Of a stretch of DNA of 64,000 nucleotides, positions 13,491-25,452 are shown piece by piece. The notes under the pieces were generated by a model. The model had not been told where the DNA came from. It was given only the letters and a program-made list of their open reading frames with translations, and searched no databases. Made by a program: the position numbers and the translations under genes. Source of the stretch: Mobula hypostoma (Eukaryota); assembly GCF_963921235.1 (NCBI RefSeq), contig NC_086097.1, forward strand, positions 110,610,001 to 110,674,000, in the 5' to 3' direction. Within the stretch, counting starts at the first letter, position 1. Each line of letters starts with the position of its first letter.

Positions 13491-14038
13491 TTCAAATACT
13501 GTCAACTTCTAAACAATACCCTCTGAGCAATATTTGTAAATTATTAATGTAACCTTTGGAGAACAGAACTTCAGTTAAAGAATCAAGTTACACTGCCTGT
13601 GGGATGATCTTGCATCAGTTTTAAGAGATCACAGCATCAAAGAGATGCAGTGCAAAATAGGATTTGTGGCCCAATCTGCACCATTTCTGACTCACCTAAA
13701 CACCATGGGCAATTTATAGTGGTCAATTACCTACCATCCAGATGTTTTGGGATGTGGGAAGAAGCCAGAGCACCCAGAGGAAACCCATTGAGTCACAGGA
13801 AGAACATCCTCAAGACTGCAACTGAGATGAGGATTGAACCTGTGAGGCATGAACTTAACTTCTGGTGTCACTGTTGGATATACAAATGCAATCATAGCCT
13901 TTAACAGTTTATAGTGGATGGGTGCATGTTCACAGTGCAACCCTACACAGAACTTATGTTTTCTTTTGGAAAACTACAGCAATGGGTTAAGAAAAAAAAC
14001 ACGGAATATGCTATTTGTTGTACAATCTTAAAATTCAC

Positions 14039-14191
14039 CTGGTTTCGATGAGCAAGTTTATGACCTTTCTTCCAGCGAAGGATTGGTTGTAAAGCTGGAA
14101 GATCCTTCAGAGTCTTGTCACCAATTTTGTGCTTGCCCAAGCTGTATGATACTTCAAAGACAATTGGTGCAATCACATCCTTCACCTCCCG
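14039..14191 (-). CDS. ITGA9: Integrin alpha-9 internal exon (153 bp; REVKDVIAPIVFEVSYSLGKHKIGDKTLKDLPALQPILRWKKGHKLAHRNQ)
   Basis: tttgttttcatctacag|CGGGAG...AACCAG|gtgaat. The peptide resembles ITGA9 RRVQDVISPIVFEAAYSL...LPPLTPVLRWKKGQKIAQKNQ (recalled). It splices phase 0 to the exon at 2663. Confidence 0.93.
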
Positions 14192-15109
14192 CTGTAGATG
14201 AAAACAAATAATTTATTTAAATTTAAAGCATCACCAAAAACTTCCAAAAGACAATCTAAATCTAAAAGCAGAAGCCCGTGTAGCTCAATAAATAGTAAGA
14301 ACTGATTCTCACCTTCATCCATTAGAAACTACTGGAATTTGACTTTTATCTTTTAGGAGTTGGGTTTCAGTTGTATAAGTTAAAAGAAGATCATATTTAG
14401 TTTTAATTTCAACACGTCTTTGACATAAAGTAGGTTCTGGAGCCAAGGCATAGTCTTGGTCTAACTGTTTCAGCTGATTAGCTAAATCACTTCTCTCTTT
14501 ATTAGCTTTCCTCTTAATACTTGCAGTATAAGAAATAATTCGTCCTCTAATATACGCCTTAAAGGCATCCCATCTTATAAGACTTGAAGTCTCCTCTAAC
14601 GTATTCTCTTCAAAAAAAAAGGTCATTTGTCTCTCCATAAACTTTAAAAACTCTTTATCACATAACAAAGTTAGTTTAAATCCCCAAAATTTATTTGTTT
14701 GAAGAAGACCAGGAAGATTTAAAGATGGAAACACAGGAGCGTGATCTGAAATAGCAATCTCTTTATATTCACAGGATCACACTAATGGAATCAGTTGGCT
14801 ATCAGTAAAAAAAAATAATCAATCCTAGAATATGTATGATGAACGTGAGAAAAAAACCGAATATTCCTTATCTACTGGATGAGAAAAATGCCAGGCATCA
14901 ACAATAAAAAAGATTTAATAAACACAGCTGATTTATTTGGTATCATTGATTTAAAAGATGAACGATCTAAAACTGGATCTAAGCAACAATTAAAGTCTCC
15001 ACCCATCACCAATGAGTACAGACCTAGATCTGGCAAATGAAAAAAAACGCTCAAAGAAACCTGGGTTATCTATATTCGGAGCATACACATTGGCAAATAC
15101 CATTAATTT

Positions 15110-15208
15110 GTTAGTCCTGACGAACGGTCTCGGCCTGAAACGTCGACTGCACCTCTTCCTATAGATGCTGCTTGGCCTGCTGCGTTCACCAGCAACTTTG
15201 ATGTATGT
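15110..15208 (+). mobile_element. Short hammerhead-bearing pLTR insertion 1 (99 bp) in the L1 endonuclease
   Basis: Flanked by the 12-bp TSD taccattaattt (15098-15109 / 15209-15220). The sequence matches PLE pLTR 46942-47039. Confidence 0.9.
15113..15148 (+). ncRNA. Minimal type-I hammerhead ribozyme motif
   Basis: AGTC-CTGACGA-acggtctcggcct-GAAA-C-GTC-GACT. Stem I is AGUC/GACU; there is one substitution in stem II. Confidence 0.7.
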
Positions 15209-15929
15209 TACCATTAATTTATTATTTAGTTTCCCTGATACTATAACAAAATGCCCATTAATATCAGAAATTACTTTATGTTGAACAAAGGGAACTTTAT
15301 TATCTATAAGGTTTGAAACTTCTCTTGCTTTGGCCTGAAATGAAGAATGAAAATGAGATTCCCTCCGTCAATAAAAAAGCGTGAATTGTCACACTTGCGT
15401 ACATGTGTTTCTTAAAGAAAAACAATGGGTACCTGAAGTTTTTCAATATAGGCAAAAATCGTATTTCTTTTCACAGGATGATTTAGTCCTTTTACATTAA
15501 AAATAAGTAAATTAATACTTTGATCCATTTTAAGGCCCTTTATACGAAAGATTAAAATAGCAATCAGAAAAATGTATATCAAACCCAAATAATAAACCTT
15601 GAAATATATTAACTAAGCAACAGAATTGACTAAATTCCCAAACCAGCTTCAAGAAAAAAAGACTCCCTATCCCTCCTCCCCCTCCCAAAGAAAGAAACTT
15701 CGTCATAGAGCAACCATTATCTACTTCTCCTAAACACATTCCCTTAGAAAGCCTGTTGGAACCGCTCCCAAGAATTCAGGGTTATTTACTTTCCAACCTA
15801 GACCAAATAATACAGTGAGAAACAAGCTCAGACAGGTTTATCAAACAGAAATAATAATTATTCATACTAAAAGATACTAAACAGTCTTTTTTAATATGTG
15901 GTATTTCTGTTTTGCAAGATTTTTAGTCT

Positions 15930-15969
<40 letters not shown>

Positions 15970-16026
15970 TACAGTCATTGACTTTTTATAAGTCTAAAAA
16001 TTCTTGCCATGTTCCTTCATATAGAA

Positions 16027-16729
16027 CTACTTAAATAATCCATCTTCCAATGTAATCCTCAGTCGAGCCAGAGAACAAAGAGAGGGTTTAAAATTTTGAC
16101 TGTATAACTGCATCATAACTTTTTTGAACCTAGCATGTTCTGCCATAACTTCTGATGAATAATCTCCAATACGTATCTTTTGATCTTGATAGTCAGTCAT
16201 ACCTTCTCTATGGGCAGCATGAATCAGACGATCCTTTATTTGATATTCATGGAAACAGAAAATGACTGATCTTGGTTTAGATTTTGATGCCGATTGGTAG
16301 ATAGGTGACCTGTGAGAACAATCAATCAAAGGCACAGACTTTATAACATCAGGGAATAATTCCATCAAAAGATTTGCAAAGAATTCTTCAGGATGATCTC
16401 CTTCCGTTTGTTCTTTAAGTCCCAGGATTCGTAAGTTGTTCCTCCTACTTCTGTTTTCCAAATCAATAATCTTCTGGTCATCATTTCATTAGTCTTAAAT
16501 TGTTTTTCATATAGCTTTTGCATATCATCCATTCTCCCATCCAGTAAAGTAATAACATCTTCACGTTCCTTATCTTCTTATCATGTTCGGTTAGAATTAC
16601 TTGAATATCTTCTAGTTTCGTACCTATTTGTTTAATTTCAGTGCTGATTTCCTTTCTAAAATGTTGAAACTCCTCAGTAAGCTTTTGAATTGAACTCGTA
16701 ATAGCTTCCAAAGCTGCTTTGGTAGTCAT
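16027..16729 (-). pseudogene. L1 ORF1 (frameshifted)
   Basis: Coiled-coil N-terminus MTTKAALEAI..., followed by the L1 ORF1 motifs LENRSRRNNLRILGLKE, IDCSHR and KPRSVI. Confidence 0.85.
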
Positions 16730-16832
16730 ATTAAAATAATATCCTGTCTAACAATAGTCTTTCAAAAGGTTGAAGAGAAAAGTAAGTAAATTAGGAGCAG
16801 CAGTAGAGAGCTGTTACCCCATCAGCTCTCTA

Positions 16833-19505
16833 TTTTATATTCATGGAGATAAAACAGGTAAATTATTGGCTGATCAAATTAAAACCTGTAGAGCTAAACA
16901 ACAGATTAAGGAAACATGCAAAGCTAATGGCGATAGGACAACTGATTATTTAGAAATAAATGATACTTTCAGAGAATTTTACTCCGAACTTTATAGTTCT
17001 GAATCTTCTAAGGATCATACTGTAGTGAACAATTTTTTTAGATCAGATAAATATTCCTACAGTTTCTGCGAACAACAGAAAATTGTTGGAACAACCAATT
17101 TCTTTTGAGGAAATTGTCGAGGTTGTGCGCTCATTACATTTGAGGAAAGCTCCGGGTCCAGACGGATTTTCTGGAAAACTTTACAAGACCTTTTCCTCAC
17201 TGCTTATGCCTCATTTATGTTCAGTTTTTTCGGATTCATTTAAGTCGGGCAGACTCCCTCAATCTTTTTATGAGGCTTCCATTTCGCTTATTCTTAAGAG
17301 GAATAAGGATCCAACTGAATGCTCTTCTTATAGACCAATTTCTTTACTTAATGTTGACGCTAAGATCTTATCTAAAGTTCTGGCCCATAGGATTGAAAAT
17401 ATTTTACCATCTGTCATTTCTGAGAACCAAACCGGATTCATCAAAAATCGATATTCTCACTTTAATATTCGCCGGTTATTAAATGTTATTTATTCTCCTT
17501 CTAACACGGTATCGGAATGTGTAGTATCTGTAGATGCTGAGAAAGCTTTCGACAGAGTTGAATGGAATTATTTATTTAAAACTTTAGAAAAATTTAATTT
17601 TGGACCTGTTTTCATTCAATGGATTAAATTACTTTATTTAGCCCCTTCTTCTAGGGTTATCACTAATTTTGATAACTCCAAACCATTTAAGCTTCAACAT
17701 GGCACTAGACAAGGTTGTCCATTGAGCTCTTTGCTTTTTGATCTGGCCTTAGAACCCTTAGCCATTGCTTTTTGAAAATCTAATGATATCACCAGTATTT
17801 TAAGGAGAGACATAATTCATAAAGTCTCGCTGTATGCCGATGATTCCCTGCTATTTATTTCTAATGTTGAGACTTCATTACCCCATGTGCTTTCTTTACT
17901 CTCCTGTTTAAGCCAGTTTTCAGGTTATAAATTAAACCTACATGAAAGTGAACCTTTCCCTTTGAACAATTTGATACCAACAAATTTTAACCTTCCTTTT
18001 AAAATTGTAAGAAACCAATTTACTTATTTAGGTGTAACAATTACTAAAAATTATAAGTGTCTATTTAAAGAAAAAATTTTTAGTCTATTGAATCATGTAA
18101 AAAGAATACTATTAAATTGGTCACCTCTTTCGTTATCGTTAATCAGTCGAATTAACTCTATCAAAATGAATATATTACCTAAATTTATATATCTTTTTCA
18201 GGCATTGCCGATTTTCATTCCTAAATACTTTTTTGATTCTCTTGACTCTATTGTATCTTCTTACATATGGAAGAATAAGCATTCTAGATTAAATAAAATT
18301 CATCTTCAGAAATATAAGAAGAATGGAGGATTAGCCTTACCAAATTTTAGATTTTATTATTGGGCAGTTAATATAAGAAATCTTACATTTTGGTTATATT
18401 ATATAAATTGTGAAGATTGCCCGATGTGGGTTTTCTTAGAAGCTAATTCTGTTAATAAATTCTCTATTATTTCTCTTCTTGGATCCTCACTTCCTTCGTC
18501 TTTGAGTAAGTTAACTGATAATCTGGTAGTTAAACACACTATAAGGATTTGAATACAATTCTGAAAATATTTTGCCTTATTGAGATTTTCTCTTTTGAGT
18601 CCCATTTTTTCTAATTTTTTTTAAACCCTCTATGATTGATGTGGCTTTTAAAGAATGGGATAGATTAGGTATTAAATGCTTTCAGGACTTGTTTGTAGAG
18701 GGAAGTCTTTCTTCGTTTGAACAACTGTCAACTAAATATCGTTTACTCAAAACTCATTCTTTTCAATATCTACAAATAAGAGATTTTTTACTGTCTCAAA
18801 TAAGTACATTTCCTAAAAGTCATGATAAGAATCTACTAGATGTAATTTTTAATCTGAAACCTTTTTATAATAGATCTATATCTAATATTTATAATATGCA
18901 ATTGGGAATGAGAAGTGTTCCTTTAGATAAAGCTAAAAATCTTTCGGAACAAGATTTACAGACTTCAGTTTCTGAGGAAACTTGGAATCAAATTTTTAAA
19001 TTGGTCAACACTTCATCGTAATGTGCCCGTCACTCTCTCCTTCAACTTAAAGTGGTCCATAGGGCCCATATGACTAAGGATAAATGGTCTCATTTTTACT
19101 CAGATATATCTCCGTATTGTGATAAATGGAGAAGCTTCACTCATTCATATGTTTTGGACATGTCCGAGTCTTGGAAAATATTGGAAAGAAGTATTTCAAA
19201 CCTTTTCGATACTTTTTAAAGTAAATTTCAAGCCTAGTCCTTTGACTGCTTTATTTGGTATTGTTGGAGGAAAGGATATTATTTTGGAACCATCTGATTT
19301 GCACATTTTGGCTTTTATGTCTCTTATGGCCAGAAGGACGCTTTTGCTTAAATGGAAAGATGTGGCCCCTCCTATTCACGCCTAATGGTTACATGATGTG
19401 ATGTCATGTTTAAATTTAGAGAAGATTTGATGTTCAAACTTTGAATCTAGTCAAGACTTTCAAACATTGTGGGGACCTTTTCTGAGTTATTTTAAAAACC
19501 TTTGA
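16833..19505 (+). pseudogene. L1 ORF2 RT and C-terminal region (stops and frameshifts)
   Basis: ORFs 16770-17108, 17083-17775, 17887-18552, 18632-19021 and 19119-19385 form a colinear L1 ORF2. Confidence 0.9.
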
Positions 19506-19728
19506 TTTGCTGTTAAAGCACAGATGATGACTCACAATCTTTTTTTCTTTTTTTCCTACTAATCAGCTTCAGTCTTGGTAGCGGGTTAGATTTTTTTAAT
19601 ATAATAAAATTATTATTTTTCAATGTTACGAACTAATTGACTTATACTAATATAGGGTAAGCAGTCTTTATATGCGATTTAGCTTAATGTATTGACGTAT
19701 ATTTTTTTCCTGTATTCTGTATTCTTTT

Positions 19729-19766
<38 letters not shown>

Positions 19767-20294
19767 TAATAAAAATATTGAAAGAGAAACGAATGGAGTT
19801 TGGATTATTATTAATACAAGGCATAAAGTGTCTTTGGTAATAAAGATACTTCTCATTTTGATAATGAGACTTCATCAACTCTTTACATTTTCATCCATAT
19901 TTTTATTCTGAATATCTTTAAAAGTAATTTGTCCGCACTGCTGAAACAACCATCCTGACCAAGAATTAAAAATTGCATTTCTACGTGTACCTCTGCGGCC
20001 TCCTACGCATCCAAATATGATGTTTAGTGATCAGGAAGATGCTCTAGGTTTAGTAAACCACAAAGGGGAAAGTACTTTGATCTAAAGTGTTGAGTAATTT
20101 CAACCAAACAGCTGTCAAAAAAAAACTTTCTTTCTTTCTTTGACGTACCAGTTCCTTCTGCGGCATCAGCAGAGACTTCCAACAAGTAAATAGATTTCTG
20201 GGGTAGCTATCCAGACCTGTGCAGACTGCTCCTGCGCAGTTTCAGCATCTGCCTCTATACTGTAAAGTACTTTGAAGAGAATGCAAAAGTTCGG

Positions 20295-20750
20295 ACATTA
20301 TCCCTGAATCATCAGGAGCCTGATGGCTGACTGGTTAAAACAGTTCCTGAACCTAGTGACATGGATCCTGCTCCCGTACTTCCTTCCTTATGGCAGCAAG
20401 AAGAGAGCATGCCATGGATGGTGGGGGTCCTTGATGATGGATGCTGATTTCCTGCAAAAGTACTCCCTGTAACTGTGCTCAGCGGTGGGGAGGGCTCAAC
20501 CCGTGACGGACTAGGCTGTATCCCCTACTGTTTGTAAGCATTTCTATTCGAGGGTATTGGTCTTTCCATACCAGGCCATGATGCAACCAGTCAATATACT
20601 CTCCACCACACACCTACAGAAATTATCACAGCTTTAGATGACATGTCGAAATCTTTGCAAACTTCTAAGGAAGTAGAGGCACTACTGTCCCCTCTTTGGA
20701 ATGACGCTTAAGTGCTGAACCCAGGACAGACCCTCTGAAATGATAAACTC
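20295..20750 (-). mobile_element. Rex1/Babar-type LINE fragment
   Basis: The reverse strand resembles the Rex1 C-terminus (ESILTGCIMAWYG, IIKDPHHP), matching the other copies in the window. Confidence 0.6.
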
Positions 20751-22675
20751 CTTCTAATCCAGGCAGTATCCTGTTAAATCTCTTCAGCACCCTCACCAAA
20801 ACCTCCACATCCTTCCGATAATCGGGCAACAAGAATTCAATGTAATTTTGCAGATGTGGCCTAACCAGAGCTTATAAAAATGTAGCAACTTACTGACTCG
20901 ATGACAATGCCTTAACTAGTAAAGCAAGTATGTCATTGGCCTTCTTTACCACCTATTAACCTGTACAGTCACGTTCAGTTGCTATGGACTTGGACCCTAA
21001 GGTTCATTAGTACATTAGCACTGTTAAAGGTCTGTCCCTTTATATTTGATCTCCCAACGTGCAAGATCTCACACTTGCCCAGATGTAACTCCACCTGCTA
21101 CTTCTCCACTTATATCTGCAACTGCTCCATATCCTGCTGGCAAACATCCACAATCTCTGCATCATTCCTGAAGTTACTAACCCACCCATCCACATTATAT
21201 ACATCACAAACAGCAGAGGTCCCAGCATGGATCCATGTGTAGCACCACCAGTCACGGACCTCTAGCCAGAGTAAGCCCCTGTCTTCTAAGGGCAAGCGAA
21301 GTCTAAATCTAAATGGCCAAGTCATCATGTATCTTAATCTTCTGGAAGAGCCTATAACTTAGTAGATTGCATAGATTTATGGTAACAACATTCTTTACAC
21401 ATAGTATCTAAACACATCACAACCTTGTATACTAACAAATCTCTGCTCCAAGAACAACCTAATTTTTCTAACTTATGCTTGCAGCTGAAGCTGTTCAGCC
21501 CTGTAATCTTCTTCTGCATCCTCACAAGGAGCTTTACACCTTTACTAATGTCTAAAGACAAGAACAGGACATAAGTAAGTTATTTATATACAGATTAGCC
21601 CTGTTACTACCCCTTGTGGAATACTGTGCATTGCCTCCATTCTCACTACTTTCGGTCCTTCAATCATGTTTTTAATCCAATCCATTCTAATCCTAGGCTT
21701 CAATTTTGTTCCTTGGAATTTTATGTGGTACTTGGTTAAACACTTTCTGAAAATCCATGGGACAACATCCATTATATTTCCTTCATTAACCTTCCTTGCT
21801 ACTTCATCAGACAACTGAAAAAATGGTTTAATATTTACGGATTGATTCTAGCCCCCCTTAATTAATTCAAATTTCTCCAATTGCCTTACAAGTTCTTCCC
21901 TGATTGCCATTCCATGAAACTTCTTGAGCCCCTCAATTTAACAGCCTCCTTCCTGTGAGAAGGATTCACCCCCTTTTAAAAAAAATGTCATATTTTCTAA
22001 ATCCTTTGCCTTCTAAAGAACCTTGCTTGGGTTCCCCTTTTACCTTGTGTTGCCTTGGCAAGCAAGTCCACCTTCCTGAATGTGGCTGATATCCCTTGGA
22101 ATCTTTACTAACCATGTACCTGTCTAAGTGCTATTTAGATGTGGTTAATATTCCTTCCTCAGCTACTTCCTCTGGTAGCTCATTATATATACTGACCAGA
22201 CCATCCTCAGTGTGAAGAAGGCGCCATTGCAGGTTCCTATTAAATCTCACCCCTCTCACCTTAAACCTATGCCCTGTAGTTTTACATTCCCCATTTAGCC
22301 TATCTGTGTCCTTCCTTTTATACACCTCTATAAGATAACCCCTCATTCTCCTATGCCCCAATGAAAAATGTCCCAACCTGCTCAAACTCCTCTATAACCC
22401 AATCCCTCAGTCACAAATTCTTGTACTCAATACCCTAACTGAAGGCAAGAATGCCAAAGTTTTTTCACTCACCACTACATCCACCTTCAAGGAAAGTGTA
22501 AATGAGCAAAAAGCTTGGCATAGATGCGTTGAGCCCAATGACCCACTTCAGTGCAGTAAAACTCTACAACTCTAACTAACTAAGCATGTTTTTTAAAATG
22601 ACTGGAAAACTGTTAATAAATTATCAAATTACATAATTATCTCTTTAAATTGTTATACATCTCATTCTAGATCTT

Positions 22676-22889
22676 CGTCTTTCACACATTCCAGTAGTCT
22701 CATTTTCCTTTATCTCCACACCAGAAGTTGTCAATATATTGAAATTAAATGATCATTAAACCAATAAGCAGGCTGTATCTCATCCCAAACACTTACGTCT
22801 TTCACATACTCCAGTAATCTAATTTCTCTGGATTTCTGCATCAAGATCTTTCAATGTTTTGAGATCAAATGATAATTAAACCAATGAGC
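22676..22889. repeat. Diverged direct tandem duplication, 120-bp period
   Basis: cgtctttcacacattccagtagtct...gatcattaaaccaataagc aligns without gaps to cgtctttcacatactccagtaatct...gataattaaaccaatgagc 120 bp downstream. Confidence 0.8.
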
Positions 22890-22958
22890 TTGTCATATTC
22901 CAAGAAGTATGAAAATCCAGATTTTAGTTTTCTGTTCCACTGGAGTCAAACCCTAGAG

Positions 22959-23017
22959 CAGGGGTTCCCTTGCTTAATAGTATTGGTCCATGGCATAAGA
23001 AATGTCGGGAACCCCTG
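22959..23017. mobile_element. Tiny hAT (Charlie/MER5-like) MITE
   Basis: TIRs caggggttccc / gggaacccctg. The 8-bp flanks ccctagag / ccccaaag match at 6/8. Confidence 0.6.
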
Positions 23018-24049
23018 CCCCAAAGCTTCATAATCGCAAAGTCTACAGAAGTTCATGTCTTATTCACTCAATCAATGAATAACCTCCGCATAATGATTTT
23101 AAATTAGATTTTATTGAAAGCTGTTAGCTTTCAGGATCTGAGCTAAATTAAATTAGGAGTGTAAAGTTCAAATTCTAATTCATTATCTAATTAAATACAG
23201 CTTTCAACTCCAAAGCTGTTTAACTTAAACTATGGATTTAAGCAAGTAATTCTATTAATTTAAAAAAAATGTAATAAAGCAAAGTACTGTATTAGCTACA
23301 AGGAGATACTGGAGTAGGAATTTACCTCAGGTCATATTAACATAGTCGTGCTTGATTTCAATGGAAAAATATTTTTTAGCCAGAGAACAATGTTCATTCT
23401 ACAACCATGTGCTTACTGAACATATCTCCAAGGTCGTGCTCCTACTCCATCAAAATTAATTCTGAAATTCGGGTGCAGATCCCACAATCCTGAGATCACC
23501 ATGTCACTACATTCCAAACTTTTCGGCTTCCATGTCTGAACACATCTGCAATCTCCTGTCACTTAGTATGATTGTTCCAAAATGCAGGATTTGATATATA
23601 AATACATATCTAATATCTACATTATTGCAGTGAAGTTAAGATAAACTCAAAGGGTTAGTCTTTGAAACTACCATAGTTTGAAAAGTAGATCTACTGATTT
23701 AGATGGAACTTATAGCTAGTGCTCTCAGTGAAAGAAGCACGAGTGGAAAACACAGCCAATTTAAGAACAACAGCCACAAGTTGAATACAATACCCACCCA
23801 AATGCTCCACTAATCTTTTCATCGTGGAAGGACACAAGATGTACACTTACACCCATTTTGAAGAAACTGCAAGTTAAGATGTGTGCACAAACAGTAAAAC
23901 ACATTCTTTATCAATCAGACTCAAGGATGTCACAGTCTGAAATGCTGCCTCGCTGCTGAGATCCACCAGCATTTTGTGTGTGTTCCTTTAGATTTCCAGC
24001 ATTTGCAGATTTTCTTGTGTTTAGAATAGAGTCTCATGTAGAGCCTCAG

Positions 24050-25452
24050 AATGCAGCTATGAATGGCCATGAATGAGTTAAACCAATTCTTTAATAGGTT
24101 TTACTATTGTCCTCCTGCTCACACCCCCCCCTCAGCACACCAGTCCAGCCATTGCTCCCTCAGCACCAACACTTCCCCTCCTCCATCCTCTCCCTAGAAT
24201 TCAACATGTGGATGAACAACACAGGCTACCACTATCTACATCCCCTTACTGCCCTGCACCTACCATCCACACCTCCATATACCACCTGCTATCGTCCCGA
24301 TCTTCACCTCCCCCAGCCCCCACCTTCTATCAACCTCACAGTCATCATGGACTCACTTTCACCACCGAGCAGGGAGAAGGGCTCTGGGGAAACTCAGACA
24401 CGGCAAAGCATTGGGACTGGATGGTGTGAACCCCAAGGTCCTGAAGGAGTGTGCTGAGCAGCTGTGTGGAGTTCCCCAGTGTATTTTTAATCTGAGTCCC
24501 AGCCTGGAATGGGTCCCTACTGTACGTAAAACATCAAGCGTGGTCCCAGTACCCAAGAAGGGCCAACCAAAAGTCTTGAATAACTACCATGCAGTGGCCC
24601 TGACCTCACACATCATGAAGACCCTAGAGAGACTGGTCCTGGCTCACCTCTGACCCCTGATTATTGACTACAGGAGGAGGAAATCAAAGGGCCTTGAGCC
24701 AGTCTTCATTGGGACATCATAGGTGGAAAGAGTCAATAACTTTAAATTTCATTTGAGAAGATCTGTCCTGAATCCAGCACACAAAGAAACTGCCATTACT
24801 AAGAAGGCTTAGCAGCATCTTTACTTTCTAAGAAGTCAGTGCAGACTTAGCATGTCATTTAAAAATTTGACAAACTTCTTTGGACACTTGGTAGACAGTA
24901 TACTGACTCAGTACATTATGGCCTGGTATGGAAACACTAATGTCATTGAATGGCAAAATAAACTACAAAAAGTAGTGGATATGGCTCAGTCCATCACAGG
25001 CAAAGCCCTCGCCACCAGTGAGCATATCTACAAGGAGCACTGTCACAGGGAAGTAGCCTCCATCACCAAGAAACCCCACCATCCAGGCCATGCCCTCTTC
25101 TCTCAGGAGCCTCAGAACCCACATCACCAGGTTCAGGAACAGTTATTACCCCTTAACCATCAGCTTCTTTGACCACAGGGGATGACTTCAATCATCCCAA
25201 CGGAGTCCACAACATATGGACTCATTTTTAAGGGTTCTGCAACTTGTGTACTCAATATTTATTGCTTATTTATTTTTATTATTCTTTTTGTACTTGCACA
25301 GTTTGTTCCCTTCTGCACATTAGTGGTTTGTCCATTTTTGTTGTGTGCGTTTTTTCATTAATTCTATTCTGTTTCTTTCTATTTATTGTGAATTAAGAAA
25401 ATGAATCTCATGGTAGCATATGGTGACTTTGATAATAAATTTACTTTGAACT
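24050..25452 (+). mobile_element. Rex1/Babar-type LINE fragments
   Basis: GLDGVNPKVLKECAEQLCGV...VVPVPKK...YHAVALTSHIMKTLERLV and VDSILTQYIMAWYGN...KPHHPGHALF, with aataaa and a tttgaac tail. Confidence 0.8.

Larger units (their letters stand above)
14339..15528 (-). pseudogene. L1 ORF2 N-terminal APE endonuclease (inverted segment)
   Basis: MDQSINLLIFNVKGLNHPVKR, NVYAPN, MGGDFNCCLDP, YSRIDY, ISDHAP, WDAFKAYIRG. Confidence 0.85.
14339..19784 (+). mobile_element. Near full-length L1-clade LINE with 5' inversion (disrupted ORF1/ORF2)
   Basis: The minus-strand 5' part (about 16831 to 14339) carries the 5'UTR, ORF1 (ENRSRRNNLRILG) and APE endonuclease. The plus-strand part from about 16832 carries RT (KAPGPDG, YRPISLLN, DAEKAFDRVEW, GTRQGCPLS, YADD), a C-terminal HMFWTC motif, 3'UTR and aataaa. 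Degenerate TSD at 14324-14341 / 19785-19802. Confidence 0.92.

Noticed and set aside
13943..14185. 80-aa ORF as a standalone gene
   Set aside because: It is the ITGA9 exon read through its GT donor at 14038 into the intron.
2587..14191. Assignment to the paralogue ITGA4
   Set aside because: The motifs PIVFE.SYSL, LRWKKG.K.A..NQ and TVFERNC..DCAADLQLQGKL match my recollection of ITGA9 much better. A phylogenetic check would be decisive.
19668..19878. ORFs with IYIYIY repeats
   Set aside because: Artefacts of the (TA)n microsatellite in the L1 3'UTR.
20125..20192. Possible plus-strand micro-exon (pyrimidine tract, cag ... gtaaat)
   Set aside because: Weak donor, no recognisable peptide and no partner exons.
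22791..22910. Candidate upstream ITGA9 exon (gtaagt donor on the minus strand at about 22791-22796)
   Set aside because: Stop codons occur in all three frames shortly upstream and there is no integrin similarity.
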